Assembly (NCBI RefSeq): GCF_016432865.1
Contig: NC_067403.1
Location: 248,186,001-248,250,000, forward strand
From: Antechinus flavipes
Taxonomy: Eukaryota
Length of the DNA: 64,000 bases
Direction: 5' to 3'
In this document: positions 22,783 through 35,700 of the stretch, in pieces
Layout of the letters: each line of letters opens with the position of its first letter
Numbering within the stretch: the first letter of the stretch is position 1
The notes under the pieces: model-generated
Database searches by the model: none
What the model was told of the DNA's origin: nothing
What the model saw: only the letters and a program-made list of their open reading frames with translations
Made by a program: the position numbers and the translations under genes

Positions 22783-24065
22783 CTTTTTTTTTAATTAGTA
22801 TTAAAGCTTTTTATTTACAAAACATATGCATGAGTAATTTTTCGACATTGACCCTTGCAAAACCTCTTGTTTCAAAATTTCCCTTTTCTCCCCATCATCT
22901 CCCCTCACTGGTAGGTAATCTAGTACATGTTAAATATGTTAAAATATATGTTTAATCCAGTATATGCATGCATGTTTTTACCATTATCTTGCTGTACAAG
23001 AAAGATCAGATCAAGAAGAAAGAAAAAAACAGAAAGAAAACAAAATGCAAGCAAATAGCAACAGAGAGAGTGAAAATGCTATGTTGTGTACACACTCAGT
23101 CACAGTCCTCTCTCTGGGTGTAGATGACTCTCTTCATCACTGAAAAAGCAATACAGGTTTGAATCATCTCATTATTGAAGAGAGCCCCATCCATCAGAAT
23201 TGATCATTGTATAGTCTTGCACTTGCCTTGTATAATGATCTCCTGGTTCTGCTCATTTCACACAGTATCAGTTCATGCAAGTCTCTCCAGGCCTCTGAAA
23301 TCATCCTGTTGGTTGTTTTTTATAGAACAATAATATTCCAAAACATTGGGTAACTCATGAGCATCCACTCAGTTTCCAGTTTCATGCCACTACAAAAAGG
23401 GCTGCCAGAAACATTTTTGCACATAAGAATTCCTTTCGCTCCTTTAAGATCTCTTTGAGATATAATCCCAGTAGAAACATTGCTGGATCAAAGGTTCTGA
23501 ACAGTTTGATAACTTTTTGAACATAGTTCAGAATTGCTCTACAGACTCTACAGAATGGTTTAATACATTCACAGTTCCACCAACAATGTATCAGTGTCCC
23601 ATTTTCCCACATCCCGTCTAACATTCATCATTCTCATTTCCTATCATCTTAGCCAATCTGAGAGGTGTGTAGTGGTATCTCATAGTTGTCTTAATTTGCA
23701 TTTCCCTGATCAATAGTGATTTGGAGCATTTTTTAATATGACTAAAAATCAGACAATTTTTAGATTAAAAAAAAATTGAAACTTTCATTTTCTTTGACCA
23801 TTTATCAGTTGGAGCATGGCTAGAACTATTATAAATTTGAATCTATTCTCTATATATTTTAGAAATGAGGCCATCAGAACTTTTGAATGTAAAAATGTTT
23901 CCCCAGTTTACTGCTTCCCTTTAATCTTGTCTGCATTAGTTTTTTTTTTTTTTTTTGGTACAAAACTTTTAAACTTAATATAATCAAAATTATACATTTT
24001 GTGATAGATAATGACCTCTAGTTCTTCTTTGGTTACCAATTCCTTCCTCTTCCACAAATCTGAGA
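22783..24065 (-). mobile_element. Truncated L1 copy 2
   Basis: ORF 23382-23624 (GTLIHCWW...FDPAMFLLGLY) and L1 3'UTR. Confidence 0.9.
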
Positions 24066-26603
24066 CTGTGGTTCCCCCTGTACTTCCCTCACTGCCCTTG
24101 CCCACCTGCCTCTGAACATGACTGGCTTGGGGCCACATCCCTGTCCGATCAAACTGCCAGCCCCCAGATTAAAGTTTCCCAGGGACCTCTGCATGGCAGG
24201 ATCCAGCAATGTCCTTGCCTCACTGACCAAGCTATGGACCTAGGGTCTGATTTGAAGATAGATCTGCTAATTTACTGGACCCCACTTGGGAATAGCATCT
24301 TTGTTTTTCCCAAATGCTAATTTACCAAGGAGGTATTGCCATAGCACTTAAGACTTAAATGACCTTTAACACTTGAGACAATCAACTTGGACACTGTTCC
24401 CATAGGACCTGCATTGTTGATCTCTGAACCTTCCATGAGAACTGCTGTTCAAAGGCTAAGAATGATTGTGTCATGGTCTAGTCTAGTGCATTTCAAGAAT
24501 ATCAATATTGCCTTTGCCTAGCATTTTTAACTCTCCTTCTCCAGAGGACACCTTCTGCTTACAAGCATTTCCCTTGCTCTGAGATTAAGTAAACTTCTTC
24601 TCTCCTCTTACTAGCCTATCTCTAATTTGCTTAGTTTGGCTCCAGCCATTCACAGGTTAAAGCCTGGTTCTGCTTTCAATAGCTGCTCAAAACAATCTAT
24701 ATCCAAGTACGTCTGCCCATACTTTTTAGAGCATATCCATGGTTCCTCTCCCTACATGGCTTTTCTATTTTAATCTATAGTAGTTCCAACCTGTATTCCT
24801 CAGATTTGACAACCAATAATAAATCCATCATTTCAGATGTCACAGAACTGTCCAATCTAGCCCGTAGGGCTCATCAAGTTTCAGCGGGGATGAGAGGATA
24901 ATTACAATGATAGAAATCCAGAAGAAGCAGTCTTCTCCCTTCTCCCAAAGCAAGGAGACCATTTCAAGCCAACATCTCTCTTGATGGTGGAGACATCTAT
25001 GTCCCCTTATACCTTTGCTGATTCCATTTGGAATGGAGAGAGTGAGCCCAGCATTATTTCCTATGCTTCTGGGCACCATGGGTGGGCCATCTCCTTTTTA
25101 CATCTAGGACCCCTGTAAATCCCTAAGAAGTGCTTTGGTATAACCTGCCTCAAAAAAAAAATGAACTTACTGAGCAGCTAGGAACTCTAGAGTCCAATGT
25201 GGACATTCTATAGATTATGCTAATCACTCATGGCTTCAATTGAGATGCAACAATCCTATTAGACTTCTTTAGGTCCTTAATTAGCTAACTGATAGTACCT
25301 TTTTCACCTGGACAGCAACCTGGCCAGAATCCATTGCTTCCTCTCCTCCCAGAAGTCACCAAAGCCTCTGGATCTTGAGACAGATGTTGCAGACTCTTAG
25401 AATCAACTCCTACATTCTAATCAAGTCCTTGATCCTGGTAGATTTTAGCACTTTGGCTACCATGGCGACTGACCTGCCTATTTTTTTTTTTTTTGATAAA
25501 GGGCCTTTGTTCTTAGAGGGAAATGACTACAGTGATGACCCCACCATCACCCTGTAGTCTGGTTCTGAGCCTAGCAAGGTCAAGAATCCTGCCATTTTCC
25601 AAAAATTTCTGCTGTGAAGACCGAGTTAGCACCCTGCATACCTTAGAATCAGCCAAAGTCAGGATAAGCAAAAGTCCTTGGTCTTTATTCTTAGTCTTTA
25701 GGGTAGAAGTGAATTGGATGGATGCAGTATCTCCATGACCTCTCCCCTTCATCTCCTGCCCCAAAGTGACTCTGACTAGTCTTACTACACCCCCTAGTCC
25801 CTCCTACAATTCTCTTTATATACCAATTATCAAGCCAGAATAGTGGAAGGGCCATTTTTCAAACATATGCATAGAGAGTACTGTCCAATCAATAATTAGC
25901 CTTAAGTGTTTGGTTGTCTGGCCTCAGTGCATCAACTCAAGAATTTCAGCCCTTTACACTCTCCCTCTGGGAAGAGGGGTGGAATGATCCAATCATCAGG
26001 CTTCCTTAGCAGCCTTCCTCAAAATAGAGGAGAGGTACTGACCCTTTGTGTTTATGCTCAGAGAAATTTCCAGAAATCTCGTTTGGAATAGTCTTGTGGA
26101 GGAAAAGGGGCAAAAGTTGAGACCCAGGGTATAATGACGCAGCCACCCACCTGAGCAAGGACAGAAGGTGCCCAAGGAAATTTTCTGGACAGAGCTTAGT
26201 ATAATGCAAGAGCCCCAGGTGAGCAGAGGCCAACAGCATAAAAGAACCCATTCAACATCCGACATGCCATGAGATGGGACCCTGACTGCCACCATTCCCA
26301 TTTTTCTGTATCTCCACAAGGCAGCAACTTAAGCTTGCACCACCATCCATATGTTTTCCTTTTGTTTGGTTTTGATCCCTCTGATTATTAATAGAATTAC
26401 ATGTTGGATTTTTTACATGAAAGAAGTTTCTTTTCCTTCCCCATGCATGTATACACACACACACACACATAAACACTACATAAATATATGGTATTATATA
26501 TTTGTTATATTCACACATACATAGACACACCTGTCTACACATATACATATGTATATACAGTCAGATATATGAAAAGATCAAATAAAAAAGAAAATGTAAA
26601 AGT
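24066..26603 (+). pseudogene. HSF1: Processed HSF1 pseudogene, copy 2
   Basis: MAGSSNVLASLTKLWT*..SDLKIDLLIYWTPLGNSIFVF..FTKEVLP; same deletion and structure as copy 1. TSD at 26604-26622. Confidence 0.9.
25613..25958 (-). mobile_element. Solo LTR-B, copy 2 (hybrid)
   Basis: TG...CA termini at the same position as in copies 1 and 3. Left part matches copy 3, right part matches copy 1. Confidence 0.9.
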
Positions 26604-26696
26604 AAAAGTTTAGATTCTACTTCTCTGTGCACTAAAAAAAAATTCATTTTCATGTCTGGACCCCAAAGTATGGAAGATACTTATTGAATTTTCTCT

Positions 26697-27653
26697 CTAA
26701 GAAGAAAGATGATCTAATTGAAGTTGCTGTCCTCTCACAACTTTTCTGAAAGCATTTTTAACATCTTTATTCCTAAGACTGTAAATTAGAGGGTTCAACA
26801 TAGGGATGACCATGGTGTAGAAAACTGACACTATTTTGTCTGAGTCCATTGAATGATTTGAACTAGGCTGGAAATACATGAAAATGATTGTCCCATAAAA
26901 TATGCTCACTGCTGTGAGATGGGAAGCACAGGTGGAGAAGGCTTTCTGGCGGCCTTCTGCAGAATGGATCTTCAAGATGGTAATGAAGATTAGCAAATAA
27001 GAAGTAAAGATGACAAGAAATGGGAAAAGAGCATCGAATGACCCCAAAATAAAGATTATCAACTCCGTGATGTGAATATCAGAGCAAGACAGAAGTAGGA
27101 GAGGGGGAATATCACAGAAAAAATGAGGCACTATGTTTGACCTACAAAAGGAAAGGCTAAATATTTTTCCTGTGACTATGGAGGAGGTCAGAAAGCCACA
27201 GATGTGAGCACCAGAGACCAGAGATGCACATAGAGTTGATGTCATAGTGGTGGTGTAATGTAGGGGCTTACACACAGCTGCATGGCGATCATAGGCCATG
27301 GTGGCTAGGAGGAAACTTTCAATAACAACAAAGGCTGAAAAGAAGAACAATTGTGCTGCACATTCATTATAGGAAATAATTTTGTCTCCTGTGAGGAGCC
27401 CAATCATTACCTTGGGAGTAATAGTTGAAGAATAGCCAAAATCTACCAGAGAGAGGTTACTGAGAAAAAAATACATGGGGCTGTGGAGATGGGAATCCCG
27501 GGAGATCAGAGCTATCATCCCCAGGTTCCCCACCAGAGTGGTGAGGTAGATGAAGGTGAATATTATGAAGAGAGGAACCTGAAGCTCTGGGTCATCTGTT
27601 ATTCCTTTAAGGATGAACTCATTCACTTCAGATCTGTTCTCCATAAATTCCAT
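26697..27653 (-). CDS. OR5B-like: Olfactory receptor OR-3 (OR5B-like), intact 318 aa
   Basis: All canonical OR motifs. Shares the MEFM start and a 5'UTR deletion with OR-2. Confidence 0.96.
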   Translation of the reverse strand: MEFMENRSEVNEFILKGITDDPELQVPLFIIFTFIYLTTLVGNLGMIALISRDSHLHSPMYFFLSNLSLVDFGYSSTITPKVMIGLLTGDKIISYNECAAQLFFFSAFVVIESFLLATMAYDRHAAVCKPLHYTTTMTSTLCASLVSGAHICGFLTSSIVTGKIFSLSFCRSNIVPHFFCDIPPLLLLSCSDIHITELIIFILGSFDALFPFLVIFTSYLLIFITILKIHSAEGRQKAFSTCASHLTAVSIFYGTIIFMYFQPSSNHSMDSDKIVSVFYTMVIPMLNPLIYSLRNKDVKNAFRKVVRGQQLQLDHLSS

Positions 27654-30462
27654 TTTAAGAATTCAACCTGCAACAAAAGAATAACTTAGAAAAATCCACT
27701 TCATGACATCAAAATGTTTAGAGACATATCTTATGTGAGGATTAGAAATAAGTGTTTAAGTGAACAATAACATCTGGGTACTTGTTACAACAATTATTCT
27801 AGATTCCCAAAATTTATTCGTTCATTTTCTCATAAACAGTTCTTCTGCATTACCTCTTGCTTTTTAAAATCTACCACGAAGTTTACCATCCTCAAAATGG
27901 CTTTTCCCACTTCTGGCGATGGAAATACCTTAGTCTGTGGCAAAAATTAACACTAGAAGAGGATTGCTGTAGGTCAGGGTTGAAGAGCTAAATCTCTTCA
28001 TATGAATATGCTTCACTTCCTTGAAGAAGGGAGGAAATAGAAATTAAAGAGAAGAGAAATAGAATCAAATAAGAGAAAAGTCAACTGAGAGCTTGGAGGA
28101 GAGGATTAAGGAATGTTGGCTAAGAGTTTATTGGAATCCTGTTTAGTCCTGGATTCATCATAGCTATAAGGTTTATGTAGTTGAGTAAAGTCACCAGTCC
28201 TTGAATGGGAACAGTTGTCAATGGAAACTAAGAATATAGTTGTAGAAATCATCTTTCCAAAAGATAGATCGTTTAACAATATATGAGTTCTAGTTTTGTC
28301 TCCCCTACACAACCTGTTCCTATTTTAGTTCAGAAGGCAGCCACAAACAGTAATATTTTCTTATTTCATTCGCCATATATTTTTTGGGAGGTCTCAGAAT
28401 ACTCTCTAATTTTGGATTTTGCATCCTTCAAGTCTGAGATGAAATTTCACCTGTAGAATCCTTTCTTAATCCATTGATCTGAATATAACTGACTTCCTTC
28501 TTTTGATTATCTCTAATTTATCCTGGATATAGCTTGTTTGTAAGCTGACATATGCATATTATTTGCATAGAGATTATGGGACTCCTTGATAGCAGGGACT
28601 GTTTTACTTTTCTTTGTATTCTCAATGATTAGTATGGCTGCACATATACTAGGCCCTTAATAAATGTTTATTGACTCACTACTTAATCAGTGATAATCTT
28701 CAATGTCTGGACTAAAGTAAATTCCCCTGCTATCTGTTACAAGTTGCATCTTTAAATATGTACATATATATGTATATGTGTGTATATTTATATACACATA
28801 TATACATACATAAATATGTGTGTGTGTGTGTGTATGTCTGTTGTAAAGCAGAGAATCTCAAGTCAGCAAAGTTCCTCAGAAGTCATCTACTTCAACTCAC
28901 ATCTGACTAGGAGTCACCTCTATCAAAGCCCACTACAAGTCATAGATAGCTATAGAGACAGATGTTAATATCTAAATATCTAGATACCTATATTTATCTA
29001 TCTATCTAGTAGTATATTGGAGTTTCCAAGAAATTACACCATAGTCAAGATGAATTAAATTCTCTTATACTAAAAACAAATTTGGCTGCCAAGGTACCAT
29101 TGAGATGTGAGAGAGAGGATTGGGATGTGGTTCTGCCCAGGTTTTTCCTTTATTTGAATGAAATGGGATAAAATACAGCAGGCTTTTATAATATTTTTAA
29201 ACTGAGAAAATATACTGATATAAAGAATCCATGAAGAATATAGAAAAACATGGTAGAAGACATTTATAGTATTTTCACTATGTTACTGATGAAAATCTTC
29301 AATTATCAGGCCCAGAAGGTTTTCTATTATTCTGAATTTTTTATTCTGTCTCTTTGCCTCTCAATGCTATACTTTATCTCTGTTTCTCTGTCTCTTATCT
29401 CTGAATATTTGTCTGTCTCCCTCTCTCTAATTTTCCATTTTATTTTATCTGCCTGCTTCTCCCTATGCATCTCTTTCTGTTTGTATGTATATCTATTTAT
29501 CTATCTTTCTATGTACCTAACTAACTATATATGTGAGTTCTAATATTGCTTGGATTTTCATGTATCATGGAAAGTAATTGGTCCTTCTGCTCCTTTGATT
29601 CCTCATTCAAAAAACTGGAATAATATTTCTTTGGATATTGGGGGACGGGGTGTCATACAGTGGTTGGGAGGAAAGTGTTTTTCAAGAATCAAATGCAATA
29701 GATTTGAAAGTTCCCAAAATCAAGTTATTGAGCTCCTGTGTGACAATGGATAAGTATGGGCTCTGAAAAACAGAAATACATGGAGAAAAGAGCACGGAGA
29801 TGTTCATATATTATACAGTACTAGTATGGCAATGTATTGTATAGAGGGTTGATCTTTGACTCAAGAATATGTAGATTTAAATAGAACTTCAGACTCTTTT
29901 AGTTATATATGTATGGACAAATCAGTTAAGTCAATGATTCCTCAGATTGCTCATCTGCAAAAAAGGAAAATATTAAAATGGCATTTATCTTCAAAAGTTG
30001 TTGGGAGATTCAAATGAGAAAAATTGGTCATTAGATTGAATGATTTCTGAAGTTCTTTTCATTTCTGAATCAATGATCCCATCACACTTTTATTCGATAT
30101 TATTTTTTTAAATATCCATTATTTTTCATAATACTATATTGAAAGAACTTGTTTTCCTAATGTGGTTAAGTGAAACTTATAGGTAAGGACAAACTAAATG
30201 AATAAAAGCTTATCTCTATTAGAGGACTTTTTCAGAGGAGTTTTTGCAAGTATCTTCAAAGAAGTATTTTCTACTTATATACTAGAAACTATTTAAAATG
30301 GAAAACTAACTCAGAATCAGAGTTTTGAATGATGTTTGTCTCATGTGGCAGTGTGCCATTTTTGTAATTTACACTACTTATTTTTTTTAATTTTTATTTA
30401 ATAATTACTTTATATGGACAGAAAATTTACACTACTTAATCAAATATAGCTAGGTTTATAGA

Positions 30463-30498
30463 TACATACATACATACATACATACATACATACATACA
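30463..30498. repeat. (TACA)n microsatellite
   Basis: About 9 TACA units, expanded only in this copy. Confidence 0.9.
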
Positions 30499-32000
30499 GT
30501 CTGTGATAATCCTTTTCACTGTTATACTCAAGGTTTTGTTTGGAGTTCCCATCTTTAGAGAGAGTCCTTCTTGAATGGCAAAACTGAGGAGGTGATTTGT
30601 TTCCTACCCAGAAATAACCAGGTGCTGGTCAATAGCACTCTCTTGGAAAGGTTTTTGATTAGGAGGTTGAAAACTTGGGTTTTAATTTTACTTGGATATT
30701 CACTTATTTTTTTCTGTGATTCCATGGAGCTTAGTGATTCCTAGTGGAAGGAAGAGATCCTTTCACACCTCTGCCTGCTCATTGGAAATATTGCATAATA
30801 TTTCTTTTTCTATGTGGGTCACACAGTGATTGGAAGGAAAATATTTGTAAAGAATAAAATGCTATAGATTTAAGTTACCAAGATCAAATGATTGGGTTTG
30901 TATTTGAGAATGGATGAGGAGATGCTCTGAGAACACAACTACATAAAGAAAAAGGGATAGAAGTGCTCCTCTGCTACCAAAAACTAGTATGACAATATGG
31001 TATAGTAGAGAGAGCTTTGATTTTTGAGTCAAGAAGATGTGAATTTAAATCCCATTTCAAGCTCTTATTGTTTATATCTAGACAAATCTTTTAAGTCAGC
31101 TAGCTTCAGGTTATTTACTTGTAAAAGGAGGAAGAATCTCAGAGTAATGGTATTTATCTCAAATAGTTAGGAGATTACAATGAGAATATTGAAGAGCTTT
31201 CTAATATCATATAAATGTGAGCTATTATTATTCAGGTAAGAAACTCTATCTCTCCTATTTTTTTTTTTTATTAAATCTTCCTCTAAGACTTTTAATGCAA
31301 TGCCTTACACAAAGAAAAGAATAAATAGTATTAAATTATATACTTATTGGTCTACAGTCACCTATTCTTAAAATGGTTCCTTTGATTACTAAAGGATGAA
31401 GAGTTTGAAAAGCTAAAATAAGTAGCAAATAAATGTTTGAGCCCAATTTTCATACATGATCCCATTTGAGTCCTTAGACAAACCTATGAAATAAGTATTA
31501 AAAGTGTACTACAAATTTAACTATGAACACTTCATAGATAAGGAAAAAGAATTCAATAGACTTACCCCTGGAAAAAATGAGCCAATACTTTGAGATAGAA
31601 GCAAGTTTTATGCAGGTCTTCCTGCCTCCATGTCCAGTAAGTCCAACACTTACCATTCAAGCATGGTAACCTTGAATTTGGATATCCTATAATCTGATTG
31701 GCCTAATGTAGAGAATATTGGCCAAAACTCCAAAAAGGAGAGAGGCAAGATTTTTATATTTATTTTGACCTTGAAGTTCCAAGTCTAGCAAACATATGAT
31801 CATATTGGAAAACACTCTTTGCTAGACACTGGGGAGGAGGTCAAAGGTATCTAGTGGTATAGTAGCTGGTCACTTCTGGTCATTGCTATGGCATGGATGA
31901 CAGAAGAGTTAGTGATTTCCATTCCTATCCTACATTCAGTTCAGCCTCAGGAAACAACAAATAAACTGTATGAATGAGTGAATGACTCAGAAAATTCTTA

Positions 32001-32170
32001 ACTCACCAGCTTTAACCTCAGAACTAAGCCCTTTCATAAAATGGTTTAATGTCAGTGTCCAGGGACTTTATGCAGCCCTGGCAGCCCTGAGGCTCTTGGG
32101 AGATAGTGCTCCCTTGGAGGTTCTGGTAGCTCTGCTGCCAACTTCTGAACAAAACAAACAATTAAATTCT
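32001..32170 (-). promoter_or_regulatory. Candidate OR-3 promoter and exon 1
   Basis: TAATTG (32164-32159), O/E-like sites, donor GT 32006-32005. Confidence 0.45.
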
Positions 32171-32815
32171 GTTCTGACCATGAGAAAAGAACAATTTTCT
32201 CATGGATATTTTGTGATTCTTTCCTTGTTTTTTGCAAAGTGAGATAGAATGGGACCTGGGAAAGACTTCTAGTCATGCTTCTTCCATCTCCTAACTGGGT
32301 GACATTGCCCTTATCATTGAATAACATTAAATCTCAATTTATTCTTCTTTGAAATGGGTATAATTGTGCAGCCTGGTTGTGCAGTGGACAAGATACTGGT
32401 CCTTTAATCAGGAACACCTGAGTTCAAATATGACTTTAGATACTTGATTTCAACTTGCTCCGGCTCTGGGCAAGTCACTTTACCTTGTTTACCTCAAAAG
32501 AACAACAAAATAACAGCAACAAGAAAACAAAAATTTGTATTAGTCACAGTCCTGAATTCAAATCTGTCCACAGACACTAGCTCCAAATCATTGAACCTCT
32601 GTTTGCTTTAGTTTTACCTCAATTCTACAATGAGGATAATAATAATACCTGACCCCAGGTTGATTGTATAGATCAAAAGTGATGGGACTTATAAAGCATT
32701 TAGTTCTCTATTTGGTATATGAGGATGCTACATAACTACTAACTACCATTATCGTCATCATCATTATCATCACCATCCTAATACTTATACACTGGCTATA
32801 TCCCCACAGAAGCTC

Positions 32816-34445
32816 TTTCCAGTGGGTCATGAAACCTGTCTGCCAGAATCAGTGTGTTCCCATCAAAAAACCAAAAAAAAATAGTATGAAGAGGTAAATT
32901 TAGAAGTTCTCTAGGGTTGTCTGTGGCTTCCCCTTTCTTTTGTTTCTCCTTTCTACTATCTATGTCTGCCTCAGGACTGAAGAATATGCCAGTGCTGTGT
33001 GAAATCTGATGCTGTACAAAAAAATGTGAGAAATGTTTGGAAATATATGCAGGTGCATTACCTGTTTTTATTGCTTGTGGCATGTCCATAGCTGCAAAGG
33101 CCTATGTAAGGAATTTAGTGATCACCCAGGCCATCTCTTTTGCTGCTGGTACTGCATAAGTAAATCCTGAGAAGGTATACAGGGCAACATGGATAAAAGA
33201 CAGACAACCAAAAGATTTAAATTTGTTCACATCATTTCATTGGGCTTCAAATCATGAGGGTTCTTCCCTGGAGGCAGAGTAGGAGTATGGAAAGGGAAGT
33301 AAGCTATACAGGTTTTTACTATGCTTCTAGCTTCCTCTTTTGTTATTCCAAACTGCATATGTAAGGCACAAGCTGCCTGATGATATTTAGAGTGAGATTC
33401 TTGGGCTGCCTGAAATAGAGAAGCGTTGGCTAACATTGTGAAGAGGTGATTTACCTTTGTTTCCATAACAAAAATTGGTCCTGGAAGAACAGTATGAGAG
33501 GGGACATGCAAGAGGGAATACTTAGTTGGGCAGTTTTGCATCTGCATCTGAAGTTCCTTAAAAAGCTGAAATATGTTAGAGGATACAAATTTATTGGGCT
33601 ATGGCAATTCTTTATAACACATCTACTGAATAAGTTGATTCAGATATTATATTTACATTTCCTGGGAAATAAGTAAGAGCTAGCATAACTGCATACAACT
33701 CATTCTGTTGAGTGGACTAACTACTCTTTTTATAAATAAGTTAGGAGAATATGCAGAGCAAATGTTATGTTTGGACACATCTGTAAAGATGGTCAGTCCT
33801 TTAAGAGGAATCTTAGAAACCTTTTCTTCAAAATCCCATGGCCAATGATATAATAGCCAGGCTATCTTTAAGGGAGACTTATGTGTAAAATTAGGATTGT
33901 GGCCAATAAAATTTGCCACTATGGGATGGTTTCACAGCATACATTAGAGAACAAGCCTTTTCCCACAACTTTGATACTTCCAGATTAAAAGGAGTGTGTC
34001 TTCTCATGATTTGACCAGGAGACCCATTAGGATCAGGTTCTTCAATCACATCAACCCAAATATATCCCATTCCTCCTCCCTTGCTTTAACTAATGCCATT
34101 ATAAATGGCATTAATCAGGAGAAAGGAGGGGGGCAAAATTGTGTTGTTGGTGCCTATGGTGTCATTGCTCCTCCAACTCCTATTTTTGGTCCCCCAAAGA
34201 TGGAATGGAGAGAGAAGGATCAGGAAGCAGAGGATACCCCAGGGGTGCCTGTGTGGGCATTGATGAAGGGGAGTTGAGAAACTGAAAAACACCACACCCC
34301 TCAAACTTCCCAGTTTAATGCCTATTTTCATCCCTTCCCCATGCATACCTTCTGGGGCTGTGGGTACCATACCCATATTTCTTCTCTTCATACTTCCTTG
34401 TTTGATATCCCATGCTAAAACCATTCTTTTCCTTATATGTGGAAT
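32816..34445 (-). mobile_element. ERV relic copy 3
   Basis: ORFs 33227-33547 (HHCC: ESHSKYHQ...SIVKTCIAY) and 33680-33919 (LTIFTDVSK, RNaseH start). Confidence 0.85.
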
Positions 34446-35700
34446 TTCTTTTTTTTTTTATTAGTATTAAAGCTTTTTATTTACAAAACATATGCATGAG
34501 TAATTTTTCAACATTGACCCTTGCAAAACCTCTTGTTTCAAAATTTCCCTTTTCTCCCCATCCTCTCCCTTACCTGGCAGGTAATCTAGTACATGTTAAA
34601 TATGTTAAAATATATGTTTATCTTGCTGCACAAGAAAGATCAGATCAAGAAGGAAGAAAAAAACTGAGAAACAAAACAAAATGCAAGCAAATAGCAACAG
34701 AGAAAGTGAAAATGCTATGTTGTGTACACACTCAGTCACAGTCCTCTCTCTGGGTGTAGATGACTCTCTTCATCATGAAAAAGCAGTACAGGTTTGAATC
34801 ATCTCATTATTGAAGAGAGTCCCATCCATCAGAATTGATCATTGTATAGTCTTGCTGTTGCCTTGTATAATGATCTCCTGGTTCTGCTCATTTCACACAG
34901 TATCACTTCATGCAAGTCTCTCCAGGCCTCTGAAATCATCCTGTTGGTTGTTTTTTATAGAACAATAATATTCCAAAACATTCTGTAACTCATGGGCATC
35001 CACTCAGTTTCCAGTTTCATGCCACTACAAAAAGGGCTACCAGAAACATTTTTGTACATAAGAATCCCTTTCCCTCCTTTAAGATTTCTTTGAGATATAA
35101 TCCCAGTAGAAACATTGCTGGATCAAAGGTTTTGAACAGTTTGATAACTTTTTTGAACATAGTTCAGAATTGTTCTGTAGAATGGTTGGATCCGTTCACA
35201 GTTCCACCAATAATGTATCAGTGTCCCAGTTTTCCCACATCCCGTCTAACATTCATCATTCTCATTTCCTATCATCTTAGCCAATCTGAGAGGTGTGTAG
35301 TGGTATCTCATAGTTGTCTTAATTTGCATTTCCCTGATCAATAGTGATTTGGAGCATTTTTTAATATGACTACAAATCAGACAATTTTTAGATTAAAAAA
35401 ATTGAAACTTTCATTTTCTTTGACCATTTATCAGTTGGAGCATGTCTAGAACTGTTATAAATTTGAATCTATTCTCTATATATTTTAGAAATGAGGCCAT
35501 CAGAACTTTTGAATGTAAAAATGTTTCCCCAGTTTACTGCTTCCCTTCTAATCTTGTCTGCATTAGTTTTTTTTGTTTGTTTGTTTTTTTGGGTACAAAA
35601 CTTTTAAACTTAATATAATCAAAATTATACATTTTGTGATAGATAATGATCTCTAGTTCTTCTTTGGTTACAAATTCCTTCCTCTTCCACAAATCTGAGA
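34446..35700 (-). mobile_element. Truncated L1 copy 3
   Basis: Colinear with copies 1, 2 and 4. Confidence 0.9.
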
